Below are positions 23,520-35,871 of a stretch of DNA of 64,000 bases, one piece after another (position 1 is the stretch's first letter; the number at the start of each line of letters is the position of its first letter). Where the stretch lies: contig NIVC01000299.1 in the NCBI GenBank assembly GCA_002269645.1, positions 62,001 through 126,000 of the forward strand, in the 5' to 3' direction. The notes below the pieces were generated by a model that worked only from the letters and a program-made list of their open reading frames with translations, made no database searches and was not told where the DNA came from. The DNA comes from Macrostomum lignano. Lineage: Eukaryota. The position numbers were made by a program, and so were the translations under genes.

Positions 23520-24135
23520 GGAGAGGGTGTCAAGAGAGGGCATTAGGATAAAGTGTCAGGAGAGGGCATTGAGAAAAAGTGTCAGTAGAGGGTGTTAAGA
23601 TAGTGTCAGGAGAGGGTGTTAAGATAAAGTGTCAGGAGAGGGTGTTAAGATAAAGTGTCAGGAGAGGGTGTTAAGATAAAGTGTCAGGAGAGGGTGTTAA
23701 GATAAAGTGTCAGGAGAGGGTGTTAAGATAAAGTGTCAGGAGAGGGTGTTAAGATAAAGTGTCAGGAGAGGGTGTTAAGATAAAGTGTCAGGAGAGGGTG
23801 TTAAGATAAAGTGTCAGGAAGGGCATTAATATAAAGTGTCAGGAGAGGGCATTAAGATAAAGTGTCAGGAGAGGGTGATAAGATAAAGTGTCAGGAAGGG
23901 CATTAAGATAAAGTGTCAGGAGAGGGTGATAAGATAAAGTGTCAGGAAGGGCATTAAGATAAAGTGTCAGAAGAGGGTGATAAGATAAAGTGTCAGGAAG
24001 GGCATTAAGATAAAGTGTCAGGAAGGGCATTAAGATAAAGTGTCAGGAGAGGGTGTTAAGATAAAGTGTCAGGAGACGGTGCTAAGAGTCAATGTCAGGA
24101 CTCAGGAGCGATTGTCAAGAGTCAATGTCAGGAGA
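23520..24135. repeat. 26-bp minisatellite abutting the LINE 3' end
   Basis: Unit gtgtcaggagagggtgttaagataaa; period 26 (23641 vs 23667). Confidence 0.92.
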
Positions 24136-24690
24136 GGGCATCTTTGACTTAGCTGCAGGGGGCTCCGTGCGTCCGGAAACAGCGAGGAGACGTTGCCGCC
24201 CATTCCGCTAACCCCTGGCGACCACGGGCAGCTAGTGCTGCGGTGTCGCGTAGGGAGTTCCGGTGGCGCCGGTGTCCGCAGCGCGGCCCCCCACGGAGAG
24301 TCCAGGAGGTGGATTGTCGCTCGCCCGGTAGCCCTTAGGTAGCGGACGAGCTGGCAGAGATTCTCGGGCCTGAAGAAGTCGGAGAGGTCCGGGTTTAGGC
24401 CGAGGTAGGTGAGCCTGTCCTGAGTAAAGGCGGGGCATTCACAGATAAAGTGCTCCGCATTCTCGACACCGGAGAGGCAGAAAGGGCATTCCTCACTGCG
24501 AATTTTTCCCTGGAGGTAACGATGCCTGGCAAAACAGCCATGACCCGAGAGGGCCATGGTCACCGCCCTGATGTCCCTGCGGTTGAGTCCAAGCAGGGCC
24601 CTGCGCAGGGCGGAGGAAGGACAGGGGACAGCCGCGCGGGATTGCCGGCAGTCGGGGGCGTTAGCCCACCTCTCGCTGTGCTAGGGCGTC
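24102..24690 (-). mobile_element. 5'-truncated non-LTR retrotransposon, ORF2 C-terminus (I group, Loa/R1-like)
   Basis: [53 protein letters not shown] contains the C-x2-C-x8-H-x4-C knuckle typical of LINE ORF2 ends. No TSD found; clade assignment is from memory of the motif. Confidence 0.78.
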
Positions 24691-25061
24691 AGTATAGTTG
24701 TCAGTATAGGCATCAGCCTAGCAGTCATATGAAGCTGGTCCAACCTACGCGAGATTGATGTGAGAAGTCCTCTCAGCACTGAGACTCGAATCGACCCAGC
24801 TGATCAATAAACTCGCCGTTGCGAGCAGCAGCTCATCTTCTTGAAAATCGAAAACCGAAGAAAGCAGAAATGGCTCGTCCTCGGCAGCCGCGCTTCCTGC
24901 AAATCCAAGGCTCTTCAAGTAAAAAAACAGGGTCAATAATCAATCAGAGCTTTTCTAAATCACAACTCGTCAAAGCAAAAAGTGTTTGAGAAATAATTAA
25001 ATCAATTATTGTGGAAAAGTTGCCGACTTTCAGAAATCGAGACTGCGCGCTTCTGCACTCA

Positions 25062-25805
25062 AGGCGCCTCTCTCCATCTCCCAAGGCGCCTCTCTCCGTC
25101 TCCATGGCGCCTCTCTCCGTCTCAATGGCGCCTCTCTCCGTCTCAATGGCGCCTCTCTGTCTATCATGGCGCCTCTCTCCGTCTATCATGGCCCCTCTCC
25201 GTCTCTCATGGCGCCTCTCTCCGTCTCTCATGGCGCCTCTCTCCACCTCTCATGGCGCCCCTCTCCGTCTCTCTTGGCGCCTCTCTCCACCTCTCATGGC
25301 GCCCCTCTCCGTCTCTCATGGCGCCTCTCTCCGTCTATCATGGCGCCTCTCTCCGTCTCTCATGGCGCCTCTCTCCGTCTCTCATGGCGCCTCTCTCCGT
25401 CTATCATGGCGCCTCTCTTCATTTCTCATGGCGCCTCTCTCTGTCTCAATGGCGACTCTCTCCGTCTCTCATGGCACCTCTCTCCGTCTCTCATGGCGCC
25501 CCTCTCAGTCTCTCTTGGCGCCTCTCTCCACCTCTCATGGCGCCCCTCTCCGTCTCTCATGGCGCCTCTCTCCGTCTATCATGGCGCCTCTCTCCGTCTC
25601 TCATGGCGCCTCTCTCCATCTCTCATGGCGCCTCTCTCCGTCTATCATGGCGCCTCTCTTCATTTCTCATGGCGCCTCTCTCTGTCTCAATGGCGACTCT
25701 CTCCGTCTCTCATGGCACCTCTCTCCGTCTCTCATGGCGCCCCTCTCAGTCTCATGGTGTCTCGCTGTCATTCATGGCGCCTCCCCGTCTCTTTGTGGCG
25801 TCTCC
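25062..25805. repeat. 22-bp minisatellite
   Basis: Unit atggcgcctctctccgtctctc; period 22; internal ~240-bp higher-order duplication. Confidence 0.92.
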
Positions 25806-26149
25806 CAGTCTAAGTTATAAAAACAACTGCTTGAGCTGCAGAAAGCAGGTAGTAACCAGTAAACAGGAGGCACACATTGTTGGAGAAATGTCACCTTAAG
25901 CTATTAATAGCTCGTAAATCGGCAGCCGCGGGCAGTTGAGTTGAGTAATTAAACAGCACTGCCTTGGCACTGCAGACACGTCAGACAGAAACATCAGCCT
26001 CCTCTCATTAAATAAACGGCGTTCATGCAGAGATATGCTTTGTCTGACGTGACCCTCACCCTGCCAAGACAGTTCTGAGATTTTCCGTCTGCGGTTCTAA
26101 TAGGAGTGGCTTCGGCTAGTTTTTAAACTGAGGAAGCTAAAACATGGCA

Positions 26150-26465
26150 CGTCTCTCACCCACTGCCTCATCTCTCACCCACTGTGCCTCATCTCTCACC
26201 CACTGCCTCATCTCTCACCCACTGCCTCATCTCTCACCTACTGCCTCATCTCTCACCCACTGCCTCATCTTTCACCCACTGCCTCATCTCTCACCCACTG
26301 CCTCATCTCTCACCCACTGCCTCATCTCTCACCCACTGTCTCATCTCTCACCCACTGTGCCTCATCTCTCACCCACTGCCTCATCTCTCACCCACTGCCT
26401 CATCTCTCACCCACTGTCTCATCTCTCACCCACTGTCTCATCTCTCACCCACTGCCTCATCTCTA
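26150..26465. repeat. 19-bp minisatellite
   Basis: Unit tgcctcatctctcacccac; period 19 (26281 vs 26300). Confidence 0.92.
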
Positions 26466-27892
26466 CATGCAGAATGAATTTTAGCCTGTATTTTTGTGAT
26501 TTGGAACTCCACACCAGTTTTTTGGATTTCAATCTGGTGCCAGCCCCAGTCCCAGCCTCGTTTGATTGAAAGTGTCAGAGATTGAAGCAAGGCAATTCTC
26601 GGATCATTCAGCCAAGAGCTGCTACGGAAGTTGAGATTGGCAGGAAAACACGGCCCAGCAGTCCGCCTAATTCGCTCAGGTTGAGTGAAAGAAGCAGTTT
26701 TTTTAATAAAAGCAAATTCAATAAATTATGTGTGATGAAACAGGCACTGAAGCACAGAGGACTGCGTGCATCAAGAAAGAAATTATTTGAAGAGTGCAAG
26801 ATAGGAAAAGGTCTAAGGGGGTTAATGAAGAAAGTAGGGACAGGGAAGGAGAGGGGAGAGGGAGAGAGAGAAGACAGTGAGGGGAAAGAGATAGAGAAAG
26901 CAGGCAGAAAGGAGATGGAGAGAGAGAGGAGAGGGGGTAGAGAGTAGAGACGGGAGCGGGGGAGAGAGGAGAAATCAATGAGAGTCAGAGTGGCGCATCG
27001 CGAAGAGAAGCAAAATATGAATGATATTTTGCAACAAACTCATATTTTACTTGACAATATGTTAAATTGGCTGATTCACAAGCATGCTAGCACTGGAATA
27101 TTTTATTTAAAAAGCCCGAATTTAGGAGGCGGCTTTCTTCAGGTTACTGGCAGAATAAAGTGGCTGCAGTTGAGACGAAGGGCAGGCAGGCCTCATCTGG
27201 CCCAACGCCACGCAGAGAACAAAACGCAAATGCAAATTGCACTGATGAAGCTTGGCTATGATTGGTCAGAGATGCTGACGAAATACCGATTCCAGACTGC
27301 CTGCTGCCTTGTGCACTCTTCTCCCTCCCCCTCATTGCAGCTCTGACTGACCTCTTAGTACGGAGTTTCGTCAGTCAGTCAGAGTGGCAGGCGTTTGAGA
27401 GGCTCGTGTCGTGTGTGTCCTGCATTTCTAAGAGTTCTGCAGTCTGCTTCACAATTAAAGCAACGCTTGCATGGTAATTGTGTTGCTAAAGAGTGAAGAC
27501 CCTATACTTCATCTTATCTAACTGTCTCATGAGAGGCACCCCATATACGCTTCTAAACACGGTGTGTCTTTGTGTTAGCAGAACTGGTACAAAAAATCTA
27601 CAAAAAATAGTTCCACACCGTAGGGTCGTGACTGGGAGGGGGTGGCGGGCGGGGGTCCAATGTGCGCGCCTGGCTGGATAGAAGGCAGCACGCGGCGGCT
27701 CTTCTGCCCGCCCGGGAGGGGGGCCCAGTTGAGGTGACGGGGTGAGTCAGCGGGGGGGGGAGGGAACCAACCCCAAACCCAGCCTGTATCGCTCGGGCCA
27801 TAAAGAGTCTTGGCTGAACTGGCTGTGGGGGCTCATCAAGCCATTACAGCTATTTGCGCAGCGCCAAGCGCGATCTCTCTGCTGCCCGAGCC

Positions 27893-29857
27893 ATGGTGAA
27901 CCCGGAAGCCAACGCCGATCTGCCGCAGTCGCAGGCCGAGTCGGACAGTCAGGAGGCCGCGGCCGAAGCTCTCGCTCGCAAGGAGGATCAGGATGCTGAC
28001 GAGGGCACGCCTCTGGTGGAGATCAAGTCGCCAGGGGACAAGATCGCCGAGGCCGACGAAACGGGCCAATCGACATCGAAAAAGCCGACGCCCGACGCCG
28101 AATTCAGCTGCCTGACCAAGGAGGACCTGGAGCACTTCGCCAAAGACCCGTTCTGGCGCCGGCTGAGGCTGATCTTCTTCTTTCTGTTCTGGGCGGTCTG
28201 GGCCGCCATGCTCGCAGCCGTGGTCGTCATCATCGTGGTGTCGCCCCGGTGCCCGCCGAGGCCGCCGCGCCAGTTCTGGCAGAAGCCGATCTACCGCCTG
28301 TCCGTGAAGGCCTTCGCCCCGGCCTCGGACGCCGACCCGACGGCTCTGGGCAGCGTCGAGGGCCTCGCCAAGAAGATGGACTACCTGCGCAACACGCTGG
28401 GATTCAACAACTTCATCCTGGACAGCCTGGTGACCCGCGAACCCACCAGCGGCTGCATCGCCGACTTCAAGGCCTACAACTCCAGCCTGGTGTCTCTGGA
28501 GTCGCTGAAAAGCCTGACAAAGCTGGGCCGCAAGAAGGGCTTCAGCTTCCTCATGGAGTTCGACGCCAGCCAGGCGAGCTCGGCCTGGGGCAGCGGCGCC
28601 TTCCTGACAACCGTCGAACCGCAGGCGCCGCTGGCCAGTCGAGACGGCGGCCCGGCCTGGCGGGACTCGCAGCTGCACCTGCCGAGGAGCCGCTGCCTGT
28701 CGTTGAACGTCACAGATGCGCAGGTGGCCGAGAAGATCGAAGCGGCGCTCAGCTTCTGGCTTGACGCCGGGCTCAGCGGCTTCGTGCTCACCAACGTGGC
28801 CTTCATGGCGCCGAGAAGAGCGCCGCCAGCCGACGCGCCACCCGGCTTGAACGGCAAAACCTGGAGCGACGCGGACCCGACGGCGCTGCTGTTCAGCAAC
28901 GACAGCGTGAAATTCGTCCGTCAGATTCGACAGTTCATCAACGCCCAGGCTGAGAAGCGCGGCCGCGAGCTGGCGCTGTTCGTGGAGCCCGGCAACACCG
29001 GCTTCCCGCAGCCGCCCGACCGCCTGGCTGCCTACCTGGACAAGAAGAACGGAGCTCACGCCGTCATCAGCACGGCACTCGGCGCCTCTTTAAGTTCCGC
29101 GCCAGCCAAATGGACCTCGCCGAGAAAAGTGGTGCTGGACACCCTGGGTGCCGCCGGGTCCAACGACAGCGTGCTGTTCGCCACCGCCTGGTCGCATCTC
29201 CGTCGGCCCAAGGAGTCGCACCTGACCGCGCTGTCCCTGCTGCTGCCGGGCGTGCCCTGCCTCTACTACGGCCAGGAGCTGGGCATGGCTCACGTGGCCG
29301 GCGTCAGTCTTCTAGGCGAAGGTCTGTCCAGCTACCTGTCGGGCAACGAATCAACGGACGCATCGGAGACGCCGATGCAGTGGTCCGGCAGCGCCGCCAA
29401 CGCCGGCTGGCTGTCGAACACCTCGGCCAGCCTGGCCTGGGTGGACCTGAGCCCACGGGCCGCCGACATCGAGCTGCACAACCTGCGCCTGCTCAGCTCG
29501 ACCGGCCACCCGAAGGCGCAGTCGCAGCTGGAGCTGGTGAAATCGGTGCTGACGCTGATCGGAGGCAGCGAGTCGCTGCAGTGGGGCGGCATCGAGTTTT
29601 TGGCCACTCGCGACGACTCGCTGGTGGCATTCAAGCGCGAGGCGGAGCGGTTCCCGCCAGTTCTGGTCATCATGAACACCGGAGACAAGGCGGCGACCCT
29701 GGGACTCGCCAAGCAGGCCAAGGTGACCACCGGCACGCTGAAGGTGTTGTACAACGCTGGCGGCGGCTCGACATCCTACGTGAAGGACCAGGAATACAGT
29801 CTTGACGTGGTGTTCGTCCCGGCCAAGTCGATTCTGGCGTTCCTGGGCAAAGACTGA
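27893..29857 (+). CDS. SLC3A2: SLC3 family amino-acid transporter heavy chain (4F2hc/CD98hc-like), intronless, 654 aa
   Basis: ATG in gccATGG context. Signature FSCLTKEDLEHFAKDPFWRRLRLIFFFLFW, single TM, post-TM Cys (SPRCPP), FWQKPIY, GH13-like ectodomain lacking the catalytic Asp (GFVLTNV where amylases have GFRLDA), LLLPGVPCLYYGQELG, ETPMQWS. SLC3A1 versus SLC3A2 orthology is not certain. Confidence 0.82.
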   Translation: MVNPEANADLPQSQAESDSQEAAAEALARKEDQDADEGTPLVEIKSPGDKIAEADETGQSTSKKPTPDAEFSCLTKEDLEHFAKDPFWRRLRLIFFFLFWAVWAAMLAAVVVIIVVSPRCPPRPPRQFWQKPIYRLSVKAFAPASDADPTALGSVEGLAKKMDYLRNTLGFNNFILDSLVTREPTSGCIADFKAYNSSLVSLESLKSLTKLGRKKGFSFLMEFDASQASSAWGSGAFLTTVEPQAPLASRDGGPAWRDSQLHLPRSRCLSLNVTDAQVAEKIEAALSFWLDAGLSGFVLTNVAFMAPRRAPPADAPPGLNGKTWSDADPTALLFSNDSVKFVRQIRQFINAQAEKRGRELALFVEPGNTGFPQPPDRLAAYLDKKNGAHAVISTALGASLSSAPAKWTSPRKVVLDTLGAAGSNDSVLFATAWSHLRRPKESHLTALSLLLPGVPCLYYGQELGMAHVAGVSLLGEGLSSYLSGNESTDASETPMQWSGSAANAGWLSNTSASLAWVDLSPRAADIELHNLRLLSSTGHPKAQSQLELVKSVLTLIGGSESLQWGGIEFLATRDDSLVAFKREAERFPPVLVIMNTGDKAATLGLAKQAKVTTGTLKVLYNAGGGSTSYVKDQEYSLDVVFVPAKSILAFLGKD

Positions 29858-31240
29858 CAGCGCTTGAAGTTCGACTGCTAAGGACAGCTAATTATAAGAC
29901 TTTTACAATGCAGTGCGAGATAGGCAAGGATTCAAGCGAGAGCACATCCAATTTCAAAAGACCGACTACTTGAATTGCTTGAAAAACAAAAAATCAAGGA
30001 GTGTTCATTCGACTCAATGTTTTCAGTTCTCAGAACGCTAGCTGTGTTTTTTATTTTCCCATCTTGTTGTAACGCAGCTAAAATAAAAATTTAAGAAATT
30101 ATAGTGGTCCAGTTTGTGTGAAATGAAGCGACACGCAAATAAAAGTAAAAGTTGGCATACGATCTACAAATGAAAATAATTTAAGGAATAAATTAGGCTC
30201 GTACTTAGTCTCTATTATTATTTATCTATTTCGGTACCAATTTTAAACTGTTTCGAAAAATTTGCTGCATATATACGTTCGTATTCACCGTTAATGTACA
30301 GTTAAGAGGTAACTAGGACTTTTTAGCTGCAATCTATAAGAAAATATTAAGCAGACACGTGATTGAAAAAGAACAAAAGCGCATGTATTGCAGTATTGAT
30401 AGCGATCAGTTGCCCGTTCATGGTTTCCTAGGTAGGCGGGTTTGCGGGGCGGTGGAGCCACTTTTTCTGGAGCGGGGGGCACTGTAAAGGTTAGGTAAAT
30501 ATAAGATTGTAGGAAATAGGATTGAAACTATAGTAAACGATGAAAATTTGGAAAAAATCATTACGGGTAAATTTAAGGGGGGCACATATGTATATAATTT
30601 TTGGCCGGTATATTAAATTATTTAAACATCCAGAATTTTTTGTAATTGTGAAGTGCACTTTAAGTTTGTAAAGTTGAAATACGAAAGGGTTTTTTTTGTA
30701 GCCATGGAGACATCAAAAATATTTGTAAGAGCTAGGATAAAAATGATAAAAAACAATTTTTTTGAAATGAAACATAACTTTAGATGAACTTTATTAGCAA
30801 CCGCCGCTGTGTATTAACAAAATCTTATTTGGTTGTTTAAACTTAATTATATATAATAAATTTTTCTAGAAATTTCTGGAAAACACGTGCAGAATTTTCT
30901 AGAAATTTGTCTTACGATGCGTGTCTGCGTATATATGTATAAATCCGTCCAATTTCAAGATTTGTAAAGTCTGCCAAAATTCAGATTATACATAAAAATA
31001 ATTGATACATAAGGTCAGATTGTTAATCCCACTTGTTTTAACTCCTCTGTACCGTAGCCTACAGTAAAATATTAAGATTCATAAGTGGAAAGTCCCTAGC
31101 GAAACAAAACTTCGGAGGTCGAGAATACTACTCACTCACTGAGTCACTACTGCTTATAAATTAGGCCTATTCTTGTTGTTACTTGTAAGTACATCATTGC
31201 ATTCGAATAATATTTTTGCAAATACTATAGATCTGATCCT

Positions 31241-31410
31241 ATATAAATTTACACTATTTCTAGAAAATAAACATGATGATTTGTATAAATGAAATGCCTG
31301 AATAGTCAGGGTATTTTTAGAAAATTTACACTAATATAAATTTACACTATTTCTAGAAAATAAACATGATGATTTGTATAAATGAAATGCCTAAATAGTC
31401 AGGGTTTTTT
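31241..31410. repeat. Local duplication of ~75 bp (period 93) in AT-rich intergenic DNA
   Basis: atataaatttacactatttctagaaaataaacatgatgatttgtataaatgaaatgcct at 31241 and 31334. Confidence 0.8.
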
Positions 31411-31840
31411 ATTAAAAATTAATGAGTAGGGCCTACTATATGCATATTATATAGAGTATAGTAGGCCTATGTTATGTAGGACCACTTTTGATTAAAAGAA
31501 ATTGTTTATTTATTTTAGTAGACATAAAATTTTGTGCTAGGCCTATATCATCTATATGTATATGTCAATGCCAATCAATGACTTTATATGCTATGATAAT
31601 ATCCAAAATGCATTTTGGACCCTACACCCACTCAAACTTTGGAATTTTACTAGTATACTGAAAATTTCTAGCATACTGAATAATTATTAGTTTAACTGTT
31701 TTGGCATACCACTTTGGTATATGTACCACTCCATAGTCTGGATCATGCTAGGCCCTATTGGAATAAATGTTAAAAACCCACAGATGCGCGCTTTAGAACA
31801 GTCAAACTATTTTACTGCGCTTTAGAATTATCAGACATTA

Positions 31841-32065
31841 GAGATGTTCCAAAAGATCTACAGTTTTGTCAAAATCAAAATTTGTTAACTTTTCAAAATT
31901 AAAATTGAATTGAAAATACATGTATATGTAGTAGAAAGTAGTTTTATTTTTAGCAACTTTTTAGACACTACCAAAATTTTCACTTCTAAATTTTTTTCGA
32001 AATTGAAATTTGCTCTAAAAAATTTCAAATTTTGGAAAATTGAAATTGAATTTTTGGAACATCTC
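31841..32065. mobile_element. 225-bp MITE with 14-bp terminal inverted repeats and TA target duplication (Tc1/mariner-like)
   Basis: TA|GAGATGTTCCAAAA ... TTTTGGAACATCTC|TA; AT-rich non-coding interior. Confidence 0.6.
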
Positions 32066-33963
32066 TAAGCTTAATAAATTATAAGTGTATAAGCCCCTTC
32101 AACAGAGGTATTATACCCATTTCCATGTATATGTATTTGCTAGAGCAGCAGCCAGTAAGAAAGGGCAGTGCGTGCGTAGGCGCTGCGCCTATGCGCGCAC
32201 TGCACTTTAGAAAAATTTCAAAAGTGCGCTGGACACCATCTATGGTTTTACAACTTTTTCCTATAGGGATGCTGGGTGCACATCCAAACAAAAATCAAAT
32301 AATTACAAACAAATGCATGCCAAAAAATAGAGTGCATGCCCATTCTCAAAACTATGCCAGTGTTGGAACAATAAATGACCTTTTTATATTAAGACAATAA
32401 ATGACTTTTTAAATTGCATAAGAGAACTTTTTGGCAGATAATTTGGTTGATTTTTATACATTTTAGCAATACCATTTATATAGCAAAAAATCAATACATA
32501 CAAAGGTTTGTATAAATGCATTATTACAAGCTTAAAAAACCTAGAAGGCTTAAAATTTATGCTTAAAATGGACTTTTAAAAATTCTTTTTTTCTACTGAA
32601 AACTAACTTTTCTATAATTCTATAGTGCAAGCCAGGTGTGCATGCACACTATTTTCTTAAGAGTGATGCACAGCAACTGTGTGCATCTACTTTTGGCATG
32701 CAAAGGCCAATGCATGCCCAAAATTTTGGGTGTATAATACATGATCCAGAGTGTGGGTACCACTTTAAATTCAAGTAAAATTTTAATGCAATCAACCTAT
32801 ACTTACCAAAACTTCAAAACTTTGATAACTTTAGACAAAATTAGACTTATATATTGTAATAATTTTTCTTTTTTAAGAATATATGCACTGCATGCCACAT
32901 GCACTATAAAAGTTTCAAAAAAATTTATTTTTATTTTTAATAATTATACTATTAGTAATAGTATTTTTTAAACAAACTTTAAAAAATCTATAATTAAGTT
33001 GTTGGGAATAATGTTTTTGCTTTCTCTAATATATTATAAGAAGTTTTTGTTTAAGAAACATTCTTCAGAAAATTTAAAATTGTAATTATCTTTTGTAAAT
33101 ATAAAAGTGGCATACATTTAGTTTGGTATACTATAATAAAAAAGGTATTTCTAATATACTATGATACCATCATGCTGCCCTATCTGAACTATGGCCTAGA
33201 CCCTAGACTCACAGTGGTATATACTAGAAAATTCCGATATAGAAAGATCTAATATAGACTATTAGCAAGTAAAAGGGCCTAGCAACTGGTGTACGTGTAC
33301 CCCTTGATATATTAATTGGTATATAGAGATGGCTAAGATAGCAAATAGGACCAGTTTATATATAGACCAAATAGGATAATTTTTTTAGTTTTTAAGGATT
33401 TGTATAAAATAGGGGATCTGAGATTTAATTCTGGAATTTGGCCAATCCTAGGATAAAAAATACAGATTTTTAAGCTTCTGGGTTGAAATTTTAAGGCAAA
33501 ACATGTGCTAAACATATTTTTGCTTCTATTTTTTATTTTTATAGAGATGTTCTTTTTGTATATGAAAAACAGCATTGTCTTGTGACATTTAAGTAAGTAG
33601 TATAAAAGTATTAATCAGTAGTAAAGAAGCTAATCATATATCAAAATTTACATTGGAATAAATTTCACATTTAAATCTATGATGTTGGGTTTAAAAAGGT
33701 GCCGCGCAATGTGAGGAATTTAACAGAAATTAGCACAGTATAATAAGCTAGTTGGGGCATAATTATGTTCATATTACAACACTTTTCAGGATCCTAGGAT
33801 TGCAATCCCTACAGTAAAAGTAAAATTTGGACATCTTGTTTCAAAGGATATATGCATATTATAGCTAGAGCAAGGTCCTGTGTAGAATTATTTATAATTT
33901 TCTGTCCTAATAAAATCCATGCAATTCCAATCCAGGAGTCCCCAGCTCATCAAAGACTGCTAA

Positions 33964-35058
33964 ATGGGCGAGCCCAGACTGCCACAAAATCTGCAAGGCC
34001 TGCTGCGCTTCTGCATGCAAGTCGGCGACAATCCACCAACATCTGCTGATGTGGCCTCCATGGACCCCGAGCGGGCCCGCTGGCTGCAGGAGGCCATGGA
34101 CAGCCTGACCGTGGACATCGGCAAGCAGTTGCGGGAGCGCATCGCCAAGCTGCTGCAGAACGCCGACCCGGCCGCCGACGGCGACTCCGAGGCTGCAGAG
34201 AAATGCCTGGACTGCCTAGAGGAGACCAAGGACCTCTGCGACAACCTGGACGTGGCCAACGATTTCATCAAACTAGGCGGATTGGACGCTGCCGCATACG
34301 TTTGCCAGCGGTGCGGCGGCCGCTTGCGTTCGGCGGCGCTGCACCTGCTGGCCGGCCTGTTCCAGAACAACCCATTCGCCCAGGTGGCCGGCCTCGGCTG
34401 CGTCCGAGATCTGGTCTGCGCCGTTGGCGACGTCGGTAACAGCGGCGGCGGCTCCGACGATGGCGATGTCCGATTCGCCGCTCTGTCCGCCCTGTCCTGT
34501 CTGGTGCGCGACTGTCCGGCCGCGCAGACCGCCTGCGTCCAGGCCGGCGGCCTCCCCGCCATCGCCGGCTGCCTTCGACTTGGCGACGGCGTCAGCGACG
34601 ACCAGCAGCGCCGTCGGCGGCGTCTGCGTCGAAAAGCAGCCTTCTTGCTGGCCAGCCTGGCCGGCGAAGAGTCGGACAGTCTGGCCGACCGGCTGGCCGA
34701 CGACAGCGGTGGCGTTGTCGTGGCAAGCCTGATCGACAGCGTGTCGGAGCTGGTCGACGCCACCGACGATGCGAAATCTGCCGACGAAGGCGGCGAGGAT
34801 GATGAAGCGGCAGCCGCAGAGAGGCTGGACTGGTTGGAGCACGCGCTCCGCTGCCTGCTGCTGCTGTGCCAGCGGCGGCCCCGCCTGCTGGACAATGTCG
34901 GTCAGCGAAGCCGCCTGGAAGCCGGTCTGGCATCCCTGCTGAGCAGCCCCAGCCTGCGCTGCCTGCCGGAGCTCGGCGAGCTGGCCGACCGGCTGCTGGC
35001 GCTGAGTCAGCGGCAGCAGAAGACGGAGGGCGGCGGCGAGGAGGCTGTAGACAGATAA
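33964..35058 (+). CDS. HSPBP1: Hsp70-binding protein 1 (Fes1/HSPBP1 nucleotide exchange factor), intronless, 364 aa
   Basis: PRLPQNLQGLLRFC, MDPERARWLQEAM, CDNLDVANDFIKLGG, LFQNNPFAQ, ALSALSCLVRD, RKAAFLL armadillo repeats. Confidence 0.9.
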   Translation: MGEPRLPQNLQGLLRFCMQVGDNPPTSADVASMDPERARWLQEAMDSLTVDIGKQLRERIAKLLQNADPAADGDSEAAEKCLDCLEETKDLCDNLDVANDFIKLGGLDAAAYVCQRCGGRLRSAALHLLAGLFQNNPFAQVAGLGCVRDLVCAVGDVGNSGGGSDDGDVRFAALSALSCLVRDCPAAQTACVQAGGLPAIAGCLRLGDGVSDDQQRRRRRLRRKAAFLLASLAGEESDSLADRLADDSGGVVVASLIDSVSELVDATDDAKSADEGGEDDEAAAAERLDWLEHALRCLLLLCQRRPRLLDNVGQRSRLEAGLASLLSSPSLRCLPELGELADRLLALSQRQQKTEGGGEEAVDR

Positions 35059-35871
35059 CTGAGATGAAGCAGTCTTCATTTTCATGTACATTATTACCAT
35101 CTACTGCATGGCATCAAGGAATCAAGGATTTGAAGCATTGGAAATATGTTTGAAGGTTATTTTTGAAGCCAAGGCGACCTGTCTGTCTTGAATTTGCATT
35201 GTTTAACCGGTCTCTAGTCTATCAAATTGTGAAGCCACATCGGACCAATCAAAGCGTATGCGGGTTGTCCGAACGGCGAGGTTAAAAATTCCTTTTTAGC
35301 TGTCTTCCTATCTCCTTAGCAAATGGTCCTTGATTCCAGACTATCAACCGCATTGAAATTCAATTTATATCGGCTTCTAGTCCGCCAAAGCTGACTAGAG
35401 TGAATATATATTTAATCAAAATGTTCAAATCAGCCTACTAGAAGTAGGCAAGTCGCGAGTTTTTTAATACAATAATATATATAGTTATGCTGTAGTGAAT
35501 GCGTCATTAATATTTATTTGGTTGTGCTGCTACTTGTCATACTACTGTCAAGGTATACATATACTACTGGTCTTCACATCCTACTGATAAAAACTGCTTT
35601 CATTCATCCAGGTATAAAATTAACCAAGCCAAATGACAGCGCGTGATTTTAATTTTTTCTTTTTTTACCTAACACTTTCGATTTGACACGAGAAACCGGC
35701 GGTGGGTTTCTGCCAGTGGGTTGGCAGATCTGTGTTTACTATTATTATTGTAACTCGCACTGCATCGAGGCTGAATAAATATGGGACTGAAATGCAAACC
35801 CCAAGGGGAGGGCGGTGGCCTGCCGCTGGTATTCCAGGAAAGTCCGCCTGATGAAGAAGCACCCAGCATCC

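Noticed and set aside
24745-24936. 63-aa minus-strand ORF with an acceptor-like tttgcag
   Set aside because: It cannot be joined in frame to a recognised gene; it could be a non-coding exon but there is no support.
27836-29059. 407-aa minus-strand ORF, and similar overlapping ORFs across HSPBP1, SURF6, TAF3, USP and NDUFAF2
   Set aside because: Antisense or alternative-frame shadows expected from GC-rich codon usage of the real genes.
30000-33950. AT-rich gap as a single large DNA transposon or Helitron
   Set aside because: No transposase or Rep/helicase ORF, no matching outer termini, and the hairpin at 32165 is not followed by a properly placed CTRR|T end.
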